A program made the translations under genes and the position numbers. DNA of 64,000 nucleotides from Eledone cirrhosa (lineage: Eukaryota), in the NCBI GenBank assembly GCA_964016885.1, contig OZ024742.1:18042001-18106000 (forward strand), read 5' to 3'. Of the stretch, positions 11,720-25,059 are shown one piece after another. Each line of letters opens with the position of its first letter. Positions within the stretch are counted from its first letter, which is position 1. The notes beneath the pieces are model-generated. The model was not told where the DNA came from, made no database searches, and saw only the letters and a list, made by a program, of their open reading frames with translations.

Positions 11720-14149
11720 CACTGATAAAATCTCTGAGAGTTATCTATAAATTTATTCCAGTACTAACAATTATACTTCGGTTGCTTAAAATTGACTAAC
11801 ACTGATATATTTTCTTTACTCTGAAAGATAACTTTTGATATAAGAACAATTGATATAAGATCTACGTGTTATAAAAGATCGACTTGAGAATATTTAAAGA
11901 TAGTTTGAACAGAGTAAAATGTGTGAACCCAAAGCAGAGTTTTCCTTCGGTGCGATGGGGTGCGGATATTAGTAACTGGATTATTGTATAAATGTCAAAT
12001 TTACTAAATTAACGAAAACAAACGTCTAAATGTTCTAAAGGGAAATTGCCTTGTAGGGATGCCAATCCTAAGAAAATTCTGAAAAATCTATGATTTACTG
12101 GGAATCATGATCTAATAATTTTATCATGTCATACTCTAAAAACTGAAGAGTTAACTCAGAGAGTTTCCCCAGTATGTTTATAGGAATTTTGATAAGGGCA
12201 TTTGTATTAATAGTATCTGAGTTAGAGGTTTTATGGAAGCCCGAATTTTTATACAATTTTGGGATCATATAAAATTTCCTTTTATAATCAACTAATAGTA
12301 AAGAAGCGTGTATATAAGATATGCTACGTGTGAGCTACGCATCCACAACATTTATGAAACATGCTTTTTATATATTTATTTAATGCAAGTAAATAGCATG
12401 TTTATAATTAAGTATAATTTATTATAAATTATATATATAGATGCTCATAACTTTTTACATGCATGTTGATATCGAGTTAAGCTGCCATTACTGATTTGGA
12501 CTTGTATTATTTGCAATCTATCATACAACTTTGAATAGTTATACAGCAGTCCTTAACCTAATACAACAAGAGGTTGATATTCAGAGGAAGTGAAGCGGTA
12601 AAGTATACCGCCATGTTGTGACTTCAAGAAACCAGGCAGAAACAACTAAGAGGGTACTGACTGGCTTTTATTTTCATATTAAGACTGAATTTTGTTCGAA
12701 AGCTACATTGATTCATAAATATAGTTTTCAATACTTCATCCCTATTTCGATCAAATTCACATTTGTTTGTGTCATTTGTAATCATAATATCCATTCCTTA
12801 AACACAATATACAGGTGCGATTTTTTAAAAAAAACTCAATAGACTTCGAATATATATCATAATCGGCTATTTCTTCAGTCAGCATGTGACAGAGAGGGAG
12901 CCTCTGGGTGTTCAGTCGGATAGAAAAGGCAGTCAAATAGCCATTAAAAAACACCCTACAGACCTTGAAAAAATGCAGTAGTATATTAGATAATGTAGTT
13001 CGAAATTCTTTTTATTCAATCGTCAGATAAGACCAAGGAAACTATATTTCTATCGATCTTTCCAGTGCTGATACTATCAGCTGGTCGCACAAGGCAGGAA
13101 CAGATACCGCAAAACATTTAACAATTCAACGATTTAACAATTCTATCAATCGTCTACCTCTGAGAGGGTAGTTGATCGACCCCGAAAGCAAGAAAGGTCC
13201 AGTTGGTCTCGATGAGGTTGGTTTAAACAGAGGGAAGAGTACTGGAACAAATACATTTTATCCGACTTTCTAATGACTATTACTTCGCTGTCTTTTGCCC
13301 TAGATATCTCTAAAAATAATGAAAAAAAAAAACAGGCTTATCACCGTGGGAATGTTAAACCATATAACTTACGCCTTAACTTAAGATGGGTTAACATTGT
13401 TTTCCCATTGTCAGCTTCCTTTATTTTTTCAATACTAACTATTTTATTGATGTACCCCCAAGTTTCCCCATCAGCGAGCAAGAAAACGCGAGGACTTAAT
13501 TTCCGTTTGTCTTGTGTCCGTTGTATAAATTTATTTAATTATTAGTGATTTCTGCTGGTTGGTTATTGTGTTTTTTATTTATTTGTTTGTTTTTATAAGG
13601 AAGAAAATCGATTTTTTTTTTTCGTTTTCTTTGTATGAATAACTTAAAATGAGATGTTCATCAAAACCAATTTATTTTAATAAAATTTAATGATTCTCTT
13701 GTTTCAATTGTCTTTGTTTACTTTCTATTTCCTACTTTCGAACACAAAAAACGGCTTAACTTACTATCCACTGTGGTTTCTGATTTAGGCACAAGACCAA
13801 CGATGTTGGAGAAGAGGAAAGTCGATTAAATCGACCTCAGTGTGTTACTGGTACTTTATTTTATCGACCTCGTGTGTTACTAGTACTTTATTTTATCGAT
13901 CCCGTATTTATTATCCACTGTGGTTTCTGATTTAGGCACAAGGCCAATATACGATATCGGAATGGCTAAAGCAGAAGGGCACCCAGAGGTCATGACCTGG
14001 TTGCGGTCCGGTCTCCTTAGAGTGTAAGAAGTTAAGGGCTGAAACACTCGCTTGAGGTGAGTGAGGTCTCTCTGAAGACCTTCTGCTGTCCAGCTTTCCT
14101 GAGAGTTTCCAACCACCATTGTGAACAAATGGATGGAATATAGTAACAA

Positions 14150-14503
14150 AAAACTGCTCCAATTTATAAAAGAATAACTGAAGCATTCCGTCGGTTACGA
14201 CGATGAGTGTTCCAGTTGATTCAATCAACAGAACAGCCTGCTCATGAACTTCGCGTGCAAGAGGCCGAGCATTCCACAGATAGGCATACTCTTAACGTTA
14301 TTCTCAGAGAGATTCAGTGTGACACAGAATGTAACATGGCTGATCCTTCGAATTACAGGTACAACTCATTTTTGCCAGCTGAGTGGACAGGAGCAGCGGG
14401 AAATAAAGTGTCTTGCTCAAGGACACAACGCACCACCGGGAAACAAACTCACGACATTAAGATCGTGAGCCTTATACCCTAACCACAAAGCTACGCGCCT
14501 TCA
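14150..14503 (-). mobile_element. tRNA-derived CORE-type SINE
   Basis: Minus strand TGAAGGCGCGTAGCTTTGTGGTTAG ... TGTGTCCTTGAGCAAGACACTT (CORE-like motif). The 3' boundary is approximate. Confidence 0.7.
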
Positions 14504-14521
14504 AGAATACTTTATTGTATA

Positions 14522-16205
14522 CTAGCAGTAAAGCCCGGCGTTGCTCGGGGTCGCTCAGTAGCTGTGTTAAAGTTACAATGTTAAGTTTCTTTCTTGGCTT
14601 AAAAACTGTAGTGTCTACTGTGCAGACTTGCATGTGGTGTTTTTGATTAATATTCCCTCAACCAACAATATGCCTTATGAAGTTAAGAAAACATAACGAT
14701 AACCCGAATGTTATAACAAAAGAGGATGCTGGGGATAAAAACTGCACTGGTTATTTATTAACAAAGATCGAAAATGTAAACACTGCAACGCAGAGAAAAA
14801 CATTAGCGTAACCAAATTATCAGTTATGTCTGTCTGCACGCCTATATCACCTCTCTGCACGACTGTCTGTCTGCACGCCTAACGACGAAATATTTGTTTG
14901 TTTTACGTAGTCTTTAAATAGACTTGTTTTCAAGTAAAAATATTGTTTTAAAATGCTTTTAAATGGAAATGAAGCAAAACGGAAGCTTAGTGTTCGAACT
15001 GATGAATTTTGCAGGTCAATATTTTGCTGGCTCGACAACTTTTAAAGCCAGCGTAATTTTTTACGTAAGACGCTCAATGTAAACAGAACAAAGGGAAATA
15101 ACTGATAACTTACGCTCAAAAATCGATACATTATATTCGATTTCGTCACATAGGGTGGGTCAATTTGAAATTTTTTTTTTCCGATGTCTTCGCTAGGGCT
15201 CAATGTACAAGTATAGCAATTTCGGTGCAATTCCGTGAGAGATTCTAAGAGGAGATGTGTGCCAAAAATCGATAGACAGACAGACAACCACAGTTTTATA
15301 TATATACTAGCAGTAAAGCCCGGCGTTGCTCGGGGTCGCTCAGTAGCTGTGTTAAAGTTACAATGTTAAGTTTCTTTCTTGGCTTAAAAACTGTAGTGTC
15401 TACTGTGCAGACTTGCATGTGGTGTTTTTGATTAATATTCCCTCAACCAACAATATGCCTTATGAAGTTAAGAAAACATAACGATAACCCGAATGTTATA
15501 ACAAAAGAGGATGCTGGGGATAGAAACTGCACTGGTTATTTATTAACAAAGATCGAAAATGTAAACACTGCAACGCAGAGAAAAACATTAGCGTAACCAA
15601 ATTATCAGTTATGTCTGTCTGCACGCCTATATCACCTCTCTGCACGACTGTCTGTCTGCACGCCTATATCACCTCTCTGCACGACTGTCTGTCTGCACGC
15701 CTATATCACCTCTCTGCACGACTGTCTGTCTGCACGCCTAACGACGAAATATTTGTTTGTTTTACGTAGTCTTTAAATAGACTTGTTTTCAAGTAAAAAT
15801 ATTGTTTTAAAATGCTTTTAAATTGAAATGAAGCAAAACGGAAGCTTAGTGTTCGAACTGATTAATTTTGCAGGTCAATATTTTGCTGGCTCGACAACTG
15901 TTCGTTCGTGTATTGTGTTAATGTCATTTTAAACGCTGAGAAAGCCAGCGTAATTTTTTACGTAAGACGCTCAATGTAAACAGAACAAAGGGAAATAACT
16001 GATAACTTACGCTCAAAAATCGATACATTATATTCGATTTCGTCACATAGGGTGGGTCAATTTGAAATTTTTTTTTTCCGATGTCTTCGCTAGGGCTCAA
16101 TGTACAAGTGTAGCAATTTCGGTGCAATTCCGTGAGAGATTCTAAGAGGAGATGTGTGCCAAAAATCGATAGACAGACAGACAACCACAGTTTTATATAT
16201 ATAGA
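14522..16205 (-). mobile_element. Tandem dimer of a non-autonomous Helitron-like element (785 bp + 899 bp)
   Basis: Minus strand: A|TCTATATATATAAAACTG, (CTGT)n microsatellite, subterminal hairpin CCCGAGCAACGCCGGG, terminal CTAG|T. Copies at 14522-15306 and 15307-16205. An internal 37-bp unit occurs 1x versus 3x. Confidence 0.85.
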
Positions 16206-16395
16206 TAGATGACAATATTTAGAGTGAAACGAAATACAAATTAAATTAGAAATGTTCTTAATGTAAACGTATTGTTTTCGATATGTAAGGGACATAACTT
16301 GGGGCATATATTTCCAAGGGAAATAACTCATAGGAAGAAACAAGATACATTGTTGATACATATACAGAGTATATATATCAGCAATATATTTTCTG

Positions 16396-16527
16396 TTTCT
16401 CAACGGGGGATATTTCGGAGCTCCAGGGGGCGTTAGAAGATTTGGGGGGCGCTAGAGGGGCGCTGGTAAGTTTTATAAGTCATATTTGTACGTCTCTTAG
16501 ACAGCCAGTGTGAATGCATTTGAATGA
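16396..16527 (+). mobile_element. hAT left-end fragment of the same family as 45001-47601
   Basis: TTCTCAACGGGGG ... GACAGCCAGTGTGAATGCATTTGAATGA aligns to 45007-45144. Confidence 0.75.
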
Positions 16528-17122
16528 AGAAAACGAAGAAAATAAATAAAAGAAGCTTGTCACCAGATTCCCTAGGGAGATAAAAGAAAAACAAAAGAAA
16601 TCAAAGAAAATGAAAATAAGGACAACGTTAACTTTTACAACAGTTACAAGAAAAACTTCAATAGAAATGACAACAAAAAGAAGCAATGGTGGTGAAAGGT
16701 GTGGGTGTATACATATACATACATACGAACATACACACATATGCATACGTACATACATACATACATACATACATACATACACACACACATATATGCATAT
16801 ACAGGCCGACGTTGGTGTTTGATGCGCTTGAGAACCTGGTCAGCTTTCAGCCAGTGGTGTGGTATTTAATCTCCCTAGGTAATAAAATATGGAGACAAAA
16901 AATGTTTTCCTTACCCCCTCCCCTCCCCACCCCCCAAAAATAAACATAAATCATGTCAACATCCTTACACACTTAAATATAAATGCATGTACGTATATAT
17001 ACAAATGTATAAAGACATAGCTATATACATACGTAAATGTATGTATGCTTATATGTATGTAGATTTATATATATATATATATATATATATAAATCTACAT
17101 ATATACTTATATATATATATTG

Positions 17123-17260
17123 TGAAGGCGTGTGGCTGAGTGGTTAGAGAATTGGATTCACAATCTTGAGGTTGTGAGTTCGATTCGTGGACCGGCCGAT
17201 GCGTTATGTCCTTGGGCAAGACACTTCATTTCACGTTGTTCCTTCTACCTGGAGTTGCGA
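17123..17260 (+). mobile_element. tRNA-derived CORE-type SINE
   Basis: A box TGGCTGAGTGG, B box GAGTTCGATTC, then TGTCCTTGGGCAAGACACTT. Flanked by (TA)n. Confidence 0.75.
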
Positions 17261-17360
17261 CGATAGATAGTACTAGCAACTGGAAAGACCGACGGAAACA
17301 TTGTTTCCTCGGTCCGATTTGACGAAAGCCGATCGATAAAAAAAATAAATAAATAAATAA

Positions 17361-17481
<121 letters not shown>

Positions 17482-18265
17482 AATACAATAACAGAGATAG
17501 TTTAAAGCTAAACTCTGACTGGTAACCATCTCACTCAATAAACATTAGGTTATATTAAAATATAAACCCAATTTAAGTGTTTGGGGTGCTAACAATATGT
17601 ATAATGTGGAAAAACCAGTTGTATTATTTTATGAGATATAATTAAAGTTAAAGTATATCTCTCTTTCCAAACAATTGTTTCATTATAAGTTTTCTACAAG
17701 TTTGGGAGAATGTTTCAATTTTATGTAGAAGCCTAATATATATTCATGTAAGAATATATTTATGTGGGCACTTATAAATCATCAGTGGAAGCCCATTAAA
17801 CATTGATATAAGAAAACAATTTCTTACCGCTGTCAAAAATCATGTCCGTAAAGTTGGTCTCTCCCACCTCGAATGACCGCTAAATTTGAAATTCCAGCGG
17901 TTTTTGACTGGGGAAGTATCATAGCGACACGAAGCGGGAAGGGGAGACAACCCACGAAATGAGGGAAAAAATAATAATATACACGCGGGTTAATTAGTTT
18001 TTTTGAAAACATTATCAATCCAACGTGTTTAAGAACTCAATTGAAAATAAAAAAAATAAATATATGCTTGTATAAATTACACACGCATATAGATATTTTC
18101 TTAGGCTAAATCAGAAGTTGTACCCGAATAAGAACCGCTTCTCATAACCGCAGTAAATGCAGAAAGTTATGCTATAAAGAGCAAATGGGAATATAATTCT
18201 CCGGCCGAATTATTAAGAGTAAAATATAAAACACATGCGGGTTAATTAGTTATTTCAAAACTAAG

Positions 18266-18311
<46 letters not shown>

Positions 18312-18489
18312 GGATGAATACTTCAACAGGCACTATGTACTTGTAGAAATATTCAAGGTGTTTATAATATTTGTGGTTCGATGGTACTAATTTGAGATAC
18401 CAGAACAATATAAAAATAGCGGAGCAAGCGGTTATCAAACAATTCTCTAAATAAATTAAAAAACGATTTAAATAATCACCTGCTCTATT

Positions 18490-18570
18490 GCTGTTACCGA
18501 CGGTTTCACCATTCCAAAAAATTGGAAATCCAGAGAATTTCCAATGGAAAGAAATGGATCTTCAGACAGC
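18490..18570 (-). ncRNA. Minimal type I hammerhead ribozyme motif (family C)
   Basis: Minus strand: GCTGT-CTGAAGA-long stem II (CCATT ... ATTGGAAAT/ATTTCCAAT ... AATGG)-GAAA-CC GTC GG-TA|ACAGC. Stem I GCTGT/ACAGC is perfect. The base of stem II is U-U rather than the usual R-Y. Confidence 0.7.
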
Positions 18571-18939
18571 TTATTTCCATACTATAAGGTTGCCAGTTTT
18601 ACAGTAAGTAAATATTTCGTTTCCTGCCCAACGCATGCGGTCAAGCCGTTAAAATGACACACACACAAAATCAGGTCGCAGATAATGTGACAAGAAGCTT
18701 GCTTACCGACCACATATTTCCGGGTACAGTCCCACTCTCCGGTCCGACCAAAGCCCTGTGAGTGGATTTGATAGACCTAAACTAAAAGAAGCCCGTCGTA
18801 TATATGTATATATGTCTGTGTGTGTCTTTGCGTTTGTGTTTGCCCTCCCACCAATGCTTGTTGGTTTGTTGACATCCCCATAACTTACCATGGTGATGCT
18901 CCAGCATGGGCGTAGTCCAGAGACAGAAAAAAAGTAAAG

Positions 18940-19015
<76 letters not shown>

Positions 19016-19474
19016 AGACACACACATATATATAAACTCAGGGACATATATATAAACTCAGGGACACAAAAGGGCTATTACGTCCTGGAGGAGAGGCACA
19101 GTGGGCCAAACATGGTGGTGGGTGAAGATTTTCGCCAGTTATAATCATTTCTACTATAGGAACAAGGCCTGAAATTTGGGGTTTAGGGTTCAATCGATTA
19201 CATCGATCCTAGTACACAACTGGTACTTAATTCATCGACCCCAAAAGGATGACAGGCAAAGTTGAGATCGGCGGAATTTGAACTCAGAACGTAAAAACGG
19301 AAGAAGTACCGTTAAGCATTTCGCCAGATGTGCTAACGATTCCACCAGATGTGCTAACGATTCCACCAGCTCACCGCCTTATTTTCACCAGTTATAATGC
19401 AATATGAAATATTGGTTCTACAACAGGCCACAGAATAGTAGTTCGTGGGCCGCATGTTTCAACCCCCTGTTGGA

Positions 19475-19578
19475 GATAGATAGATACATAGATAGATACA
19501 TAGATAGATACATAGATAGATACATAGATAGATACATAGATAGATACATAGATAGATACATAGATAGATACATAGATA
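19475..19578. repeat. (GATAGATACATA)x8 compound microsatellite abutting the LINE 3' end
   Basis: Read directly. The same motif occurs once at 25265-25292 on the other side of the LINE. Confidence 0.95.
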
Positions 19579-19810
19579 AATTTCTATTTATTTGCCACGA
19601 GGGCACAACAGAAGGGGACATTTACACAGTGGGGGAGTTTACATAAATCGAGTAAAGAAAAAAGGAATAACAATAATAATATAACAATAAAAAGTCCTCA
19701 AAAGGGAGGGGGCGTGTTGGGGATTGCACATACCCCCGAAAAGTGTGCAATTCTTTTCGCGGGGGAAGCCCAGAGAGGAGGCGCTCCCTCTTTCCTCTTC
19801 ACTTCTTCAC

Positions 19811-22800
19811 CTACAGAACAATGTAGAGAGAAGGTCCATTTACACGGGCCATTCTCACTTCTTTCACCCACCTTTCATAAAACTGCCTGGGGCCAAGCAC
19901 TTCTCTCTCCATCCTGATCCTTCTTCCGAAGTGGTATCGGAAGAAGTAAACCAGGTGATGGCCGGAGAGAAAGTCACCCGACCTCAGACCTTTCAGGCGC
20001 GTCGACCACACAACCTCTTTCATCATGGCTATTACGCACAGAAAGACCGCCTCTGCTTCATTTCTGAAGGGAGGAGGCGGCTTGATGTTCACCACAGACT
20101 CGGCGGTTAATCGAATCGGCGCCACACGCGACAGCAGTCGTTCGACGTAGCCCCACAGATCGGCAACGCCCGGGCAGTGTACCAGTGCATGCGCAACGGT
20201 TTCCTCGTCGCGCACGCATCTGGGACAGATCTTTTTCGCGGGATCCCTGCCCGGGAGCCCGTGTCTGTAGAGCTTTTCTCGAACGGGCAGAGCCCCCCGG
20301 TAACACTGCCAGGCTAGGGACCTCTGGAAGTTGTCCATGGGTCCCGGGCCGAAAGTTCTACCGAACAGGCTGGCCAGTTCGTCCTCCTCCATGCCTAGCG
20401 ACTCTCAAAGGGTGTCGTCGCCCTTGCTAGCCACCAACCCTCTATAGAATGTCGAGGTGGATTCTCCACTGATAGTCGGGTCCGCTTGCCAGATAGCCGT
20501 GAGCGCCTGGGCACACTCGGTGTGCCAGTTGCCCAGTTTTCTCGGTCTTTGCTTCACCCAGGATTGCAGTTCGGTGAGCGAGACGAGCTGTGGGAAGGCT
20601 CGCCTCACAAACGGGGCCCACACCGGCTGACCGTTGAGGAATACCTGTAGATGCCGTAGCCTCAATGCGTGCCTACGCATCAACAGCCACGGCATACCCA
20701 GCCCTCCTTTCGAAGGGTGCTGGCAGCAGATGGATCTCCTCACCATGGGAGGCCGCTTCTTCCAGAGGAACTGGAAGAGCATGCGTTCCATGATGGTTTG
20801 CTTTTCCTTGGGGCAAGGCACGACGATCAGGCGATAGTAGATGACGGACGCTATGTAAGCGTTCGTCACCTCCGCCCGACCTTTCAGTGATAGTTTGCAC
20901 TTGGCCCACTTCTGGGTCAGCGCAAACACCCTGCTCGTCACCTCGCCCCAATTCTTCTCCACCTGGAGGTCCGGTCCGAACCAGTCCCCGAGCAGCTTCA
21001 CCGGGCCCTCCGTCCACAGCCCGACGACACCGTCTAACGGCATCGGTTTGCCCCTCCACGTTCCGAGTTGCAAACCGACTGACTTGTCCCGGTTCAGCCT
21101 AGCCCCCGTCAGCCTTTCGTATTCCTCCAGTAGGGTGGCGATCGCCCCGATTTCCGAGGCGTCCGCCACCATTACTGTTACGTCGTCAGCATAGGCCGAG
21201 ACCGCTTTGTGCAATCCCGGTTCCAGGGGTATGCCCCGCAGCAACTCCAACTTCCGCAGCAGTGGCTCGAGAGTCAATACGTACAGAAGGGAGGAGAGGG
21301 GGCACCCCTGTCTGATGGACCGGGTGATTTGAAACGGCTCCGAGAGGTAGCTGTTTACTTTAATCCTAGAGTAGATGTTGCCACTGTGCATGGCAGAAAT
21401 CCAGCCCCTGAAAACGGGTCCGAAGCCCGCCGCCGCTAGGACCGCATCCAGGTAACCATGGTCGACCCTATCGAACGCCTTAGATTGATCCAAGTTGATC
21501 AGGGCCCCACCAAAGCCGGGTTCGTTGCCAACCCTCTCTATGATGTATCGCATGAGGTGGAGGTTGTCGTGAATGGACCTGGACGGGATAGCGCATGTCT
21601 GCGCGTCTCCCACCAAACCACCCACCACAAGCGCCAACCTCTTCGCCAACACCTTGGCCAAAATCTGTAACTCTGCATTTAGCAGAGTTATGGGCCTAAA
21701 GTTACTTAAGTCGTCCCCTTTGCTCTCGTCCTTCCTCACTAGCGTGACCACGCCCTTGGTCACAGAACAGGGAATTCTCCCGTTCTGTTGCCAGTTGCAA
21801 TAGACAGCCTCGAGGAGTTCGGAGAACAAGACCGGCATAGCTAAATAAAGTTCGTATGGTAGACCATCGAGACCCGGAGATTTGCGTCTGCTGCATTGGC
21901 TGAGCGCTTCCCCGATTTCAGTGGCTGTGATTGGCCTTTCGCAGCACTCCGTTTCGCCGCTCGAAAGACGCGGTAGACCGTCGAGGTATGGACCGAAGTC
22001 CACATCCCCGTCCGGCCCCCCGCCCCCTCCGAACAGTCGAGCAAAGTGCCTTTGAAAGGCCTCGCACATCCGCTCAGGTTCAAGGATCACCCGTCCATCC
22101 TGGTCTCGCAAAGACCGAATGGTGGATTTAATCCCACTGTTGGCTTCTGTCACGCGGGCCCAGCTAACAGCTTTGGTCCCCTCGTTTCCTAAAGCACGTA
22201 TTTTACTTCGGACAACGCAGCCTTCGTGTTTCGCGTCAAAGAACTGGCTCAACGCCGTTCTCGACGCTAACACTCTGGCCACGTCTCCGCTCCTAATCGC
22301 CTCTTCTAGTTTATCTGTTAACTCCCTTTCCTTCCTATTTCTATTTGCCGTTAGTTCCTTACTGTAACCTATCGAACTTACTCTAATCTCTCTCTTTAGA
22401 GATACCCACCACCTGCTGTTGACGATCGCTCCCGTCAACCGCATCTTAACTAAGCTACTAATCCGGTTCCTGTAATCTTTCTTTGCCGGCAAGGACAAGT
22501 TCATCTTCCAGTAACCGGGACCCTGTCTATGCGTTCTATCAAGGTTGACCACGCAGGTCACTAATTTGTGATCTGAATAGCCAACCATGATCAGTTCTGG
22601 ACAACTAAATACGTCCCTATCCTTACTCCTAACCAAAAACCTATCTAGGTACGATCTAGATTGTCCACTGCGGTTTGCCCAGGTCGGCGCAGTTGGACAA
22701 TCTAGTCGAAATCTATCGACCAGGTCGAATCGATCGAGTAACCCCTTGAGGCTGCTACACCCCCCTCTATCGGGACATGCCCCTGCATAGTCCCAACGCG

Positions 22801-23239
22801 CATCTAGGATTCCATTCCAGTCCCCCACTAAAAGCAGGGAACGCGACGTTCCTAGAAAAGTCTCCAGACGCTGGAAGAAGTCGGCTCTTTCCGCCCCGAA
22901 GGGGGCATAAAGACCGACCAGTCTGAAAGCCCCGCCTTCACCGCCTCCGACGTCCAGCACCAGTAATCGACCCCCCGGGTCCGAGTGAACAATCTGTACG
23001 TCGAGAGTCAGACGTTTATCCAGCAGTACGGCAACTCCCCCCCCCCCCCCGCCTCCGGGTTGACAGAGAGATTCGTGCATCTCAAAGTCATCGAAGGCGG
23101 GCGCCAGCTGTCTCACGCTGCTGATCCGACTCTCGCAAACAACCATCACATCTATACTTTGTGACCTGAGGTCACTTAGAAGCTTTGCTTGCTTCCAAGC
23201 TGAGCCCAGGCCACGCGCGTTCAAACAGCCAACTCTCAA
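19811..23239 (-). pseudogene. Tx1 ORF2 (APE endonuclease + reverse transcriptase + CCHC), one in-frame TGA at 20405-20407
   Basis: LNARGL, GDWN, YLDRF and SDH (APE); KSPGLDG, RPITLLN, DQSKAFD, QGCPLS and YADD (RT); CPRC...HALVHC. ORFs 20405-23239 and 19811-20392 are in the same frame, about 1142 codons in total. Confidence 0.92.
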
Positions 23240-23244
23240 TTGAT

Positions 23245-25059
23245 CTATTTTGGTGTTGAAAGTGAAGAAAGAAAAGCACCTACCTCTCCGGGTTGTGTAA
23301 TTTCCATGGCATCAGGTGTGTTGGGTGGAGGGATGTTTTGTGGTGGTGTGGGGGTACCCGTGTGTGGTGGGGTTGGGGTATTTGGAGTTGTGTCAGGGAG
23401 AGGGGCGGTTATGGGGAAAGCTTTCAAGAGGACGCGATTTAACGGTTTTAAACAGGGGGGGGGGGGCTCACGTCCTGTCTAAATTGTTCTTTTAAGGAAC
23501 GATAAAGGTCCAGAGGGACCTTTATCATTTTTAAATGGGTGAAGTTCTCTGTTGAGATAAAGTTTGGCCCTTCGGTCTGCACCATAGGGTTATTGTTTAT
23601 TAATTTAACCAGTTTTTTGTTTTCTTTATTTATATATGTGTATTGCAACGTCTTTTTTTGTGATGCTGTCAATGTTTCGGAGAGGGGAGGCGCAGATTTA
23701 TTTTTGTTTGTTGAGGGTGGGGTGTTTTTGATTGGAGTAGGTGTTTGTGTGTGGGTTATTTGTGGTGTGCTGGGTGTGTGTTTTCTTTTTTTTCTTTTAA
23801 CCTGTCTGAAGGCTTCTGTTCCTTCTTCTTCAGAAGTTGGGGGAAACTCTTCAGCGCTAGGTGGGAGGGACGTGTTGTGTGGTTGTTGTTTTTTTTGCGG
23901 GAGGGGTAGATTTGTTGCTGTTTTTTTTATTATTTGTTTGGAATGGGTTTTGTGGTGGTGGTGGTGGTAATGTTTGTGTCGTGCTTGTGGTTGGTGATGG
24001 TGGTGGTGATTTTTGTGTCGTGCTTGTGTTTGGTGCTGGTGGTGGTGATGTTTGTGTTGTATTTGTGGTTGGTGGTGTCTGTATTTTGTTTGCTGTGTGT
24101 GGTATTAGTGTATTTTTGGAGGTGGGTGGTGTTGGTGTACTGTTTGTGGTGGGTGTGGGCAATAGTCCTTTTTGGGGGATACGTTTCGGGCAGTTAGCCT
24201 TAACGTGTCCCCTTTCCGTGCATAAATAGCATGCTGGTCTTCTCCCCTCTACAATTATATCTATTGGGGTGAGGTCATCCAGCCAGATGCGATCCGGGAT
24301 TTGTGCTATTCTTTCGGGCCTCATTTGGACTAGTATGTCGAGGCCCATTCCCAGGAACGCATCTCCAGTTGCCTTCCCCATTGACAGCATTGTGTCTTCG
24401 CCCATGTCTATGAAGCCAGCAATAGCCCACCAGAAGTCCATTGTGGGCAGCATTGTTTTTACTTTTACTCTCTGTGTTCTTCTACCCATGTAGGAGGGAT
24501 AGAAGCTGTATGTTGTCGATGAGAGTTGGCTTAGGGAAAGCTTCTGTGCCGTTTCCTTGTCTTTTGTTAAGACCGAAATGCTGCCATAGAGTCGGTCCTT
24601 TCGTATGAAGAGAATATTCTTCATATAGTCTTTTAGGACCAACTCTATTTCCATTTGGCTGGGCTGTGCTGGCTTTCTTGTTTGGTTCAATATAGTTCTG
24701 AAGAGAACTGTGCTCTCTGTTCTCGCTTTCTTGAATTCTGGGGGGGAGTTAATGGAAAACATTCCGTTCTCCCCCAAGACTATTTGTTTTTTCGCTTCGG
24801 CCAGTTTTTCTCTGGCGGCAGTTAAGTCAATTGGTGTGTATGTTATGGACTGTTTTGTTTTCTGGGCGAAAGTTGCCCTGTTGTTATTTGTATTATTTTC
24901 TGTTTGTTTGTTTTCCGTTTGCTCATTTTCCTTAACATTTGTTTTTTCATTTTCCTTGTTTGTTTCGTTGTCTAATTTTGTTGTAATTATTTTTTGTTCT
25001 TCACACTTGGGGGGCGTGGCAGAGCTAATGGCAGACATGTCTGCCATCTTTTCCGCCAT
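23245..25059 (-). pseudogene. Tx1 ORF1 (gag-like nucleic-acid-binding protein) with two frameshifts
   Basis: CYLCTERGHVKANC zinc knuckle and a Pro/Thr-rich linker. The reading continues through ORFs 23448-23672 and 23245-23427; the frame changes fall near A and G/C homopolymer runs. Confidence 0.8.

Noticed and set aside
14040-14085. Possible type II hammerhead (GAAACACTCGC...GTGAGTG...CTGAAGA)
   Set aside because: The stem III hairpin is followed by AG instead of the required UH and no stem I forms; better read as two unrelated hairpins.
17123-17200. tRNA gene
   Set aside because: A and B boxes are present but the sequence continues into a SINE core without an acceptor stem or poly-T terminator.
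20405-20407. In-frame TGA as selenocysteine or programmed readthrough
   Set aside because: No SECIS recognised and the element has other lesions; a point mutation is the simpler explanation.
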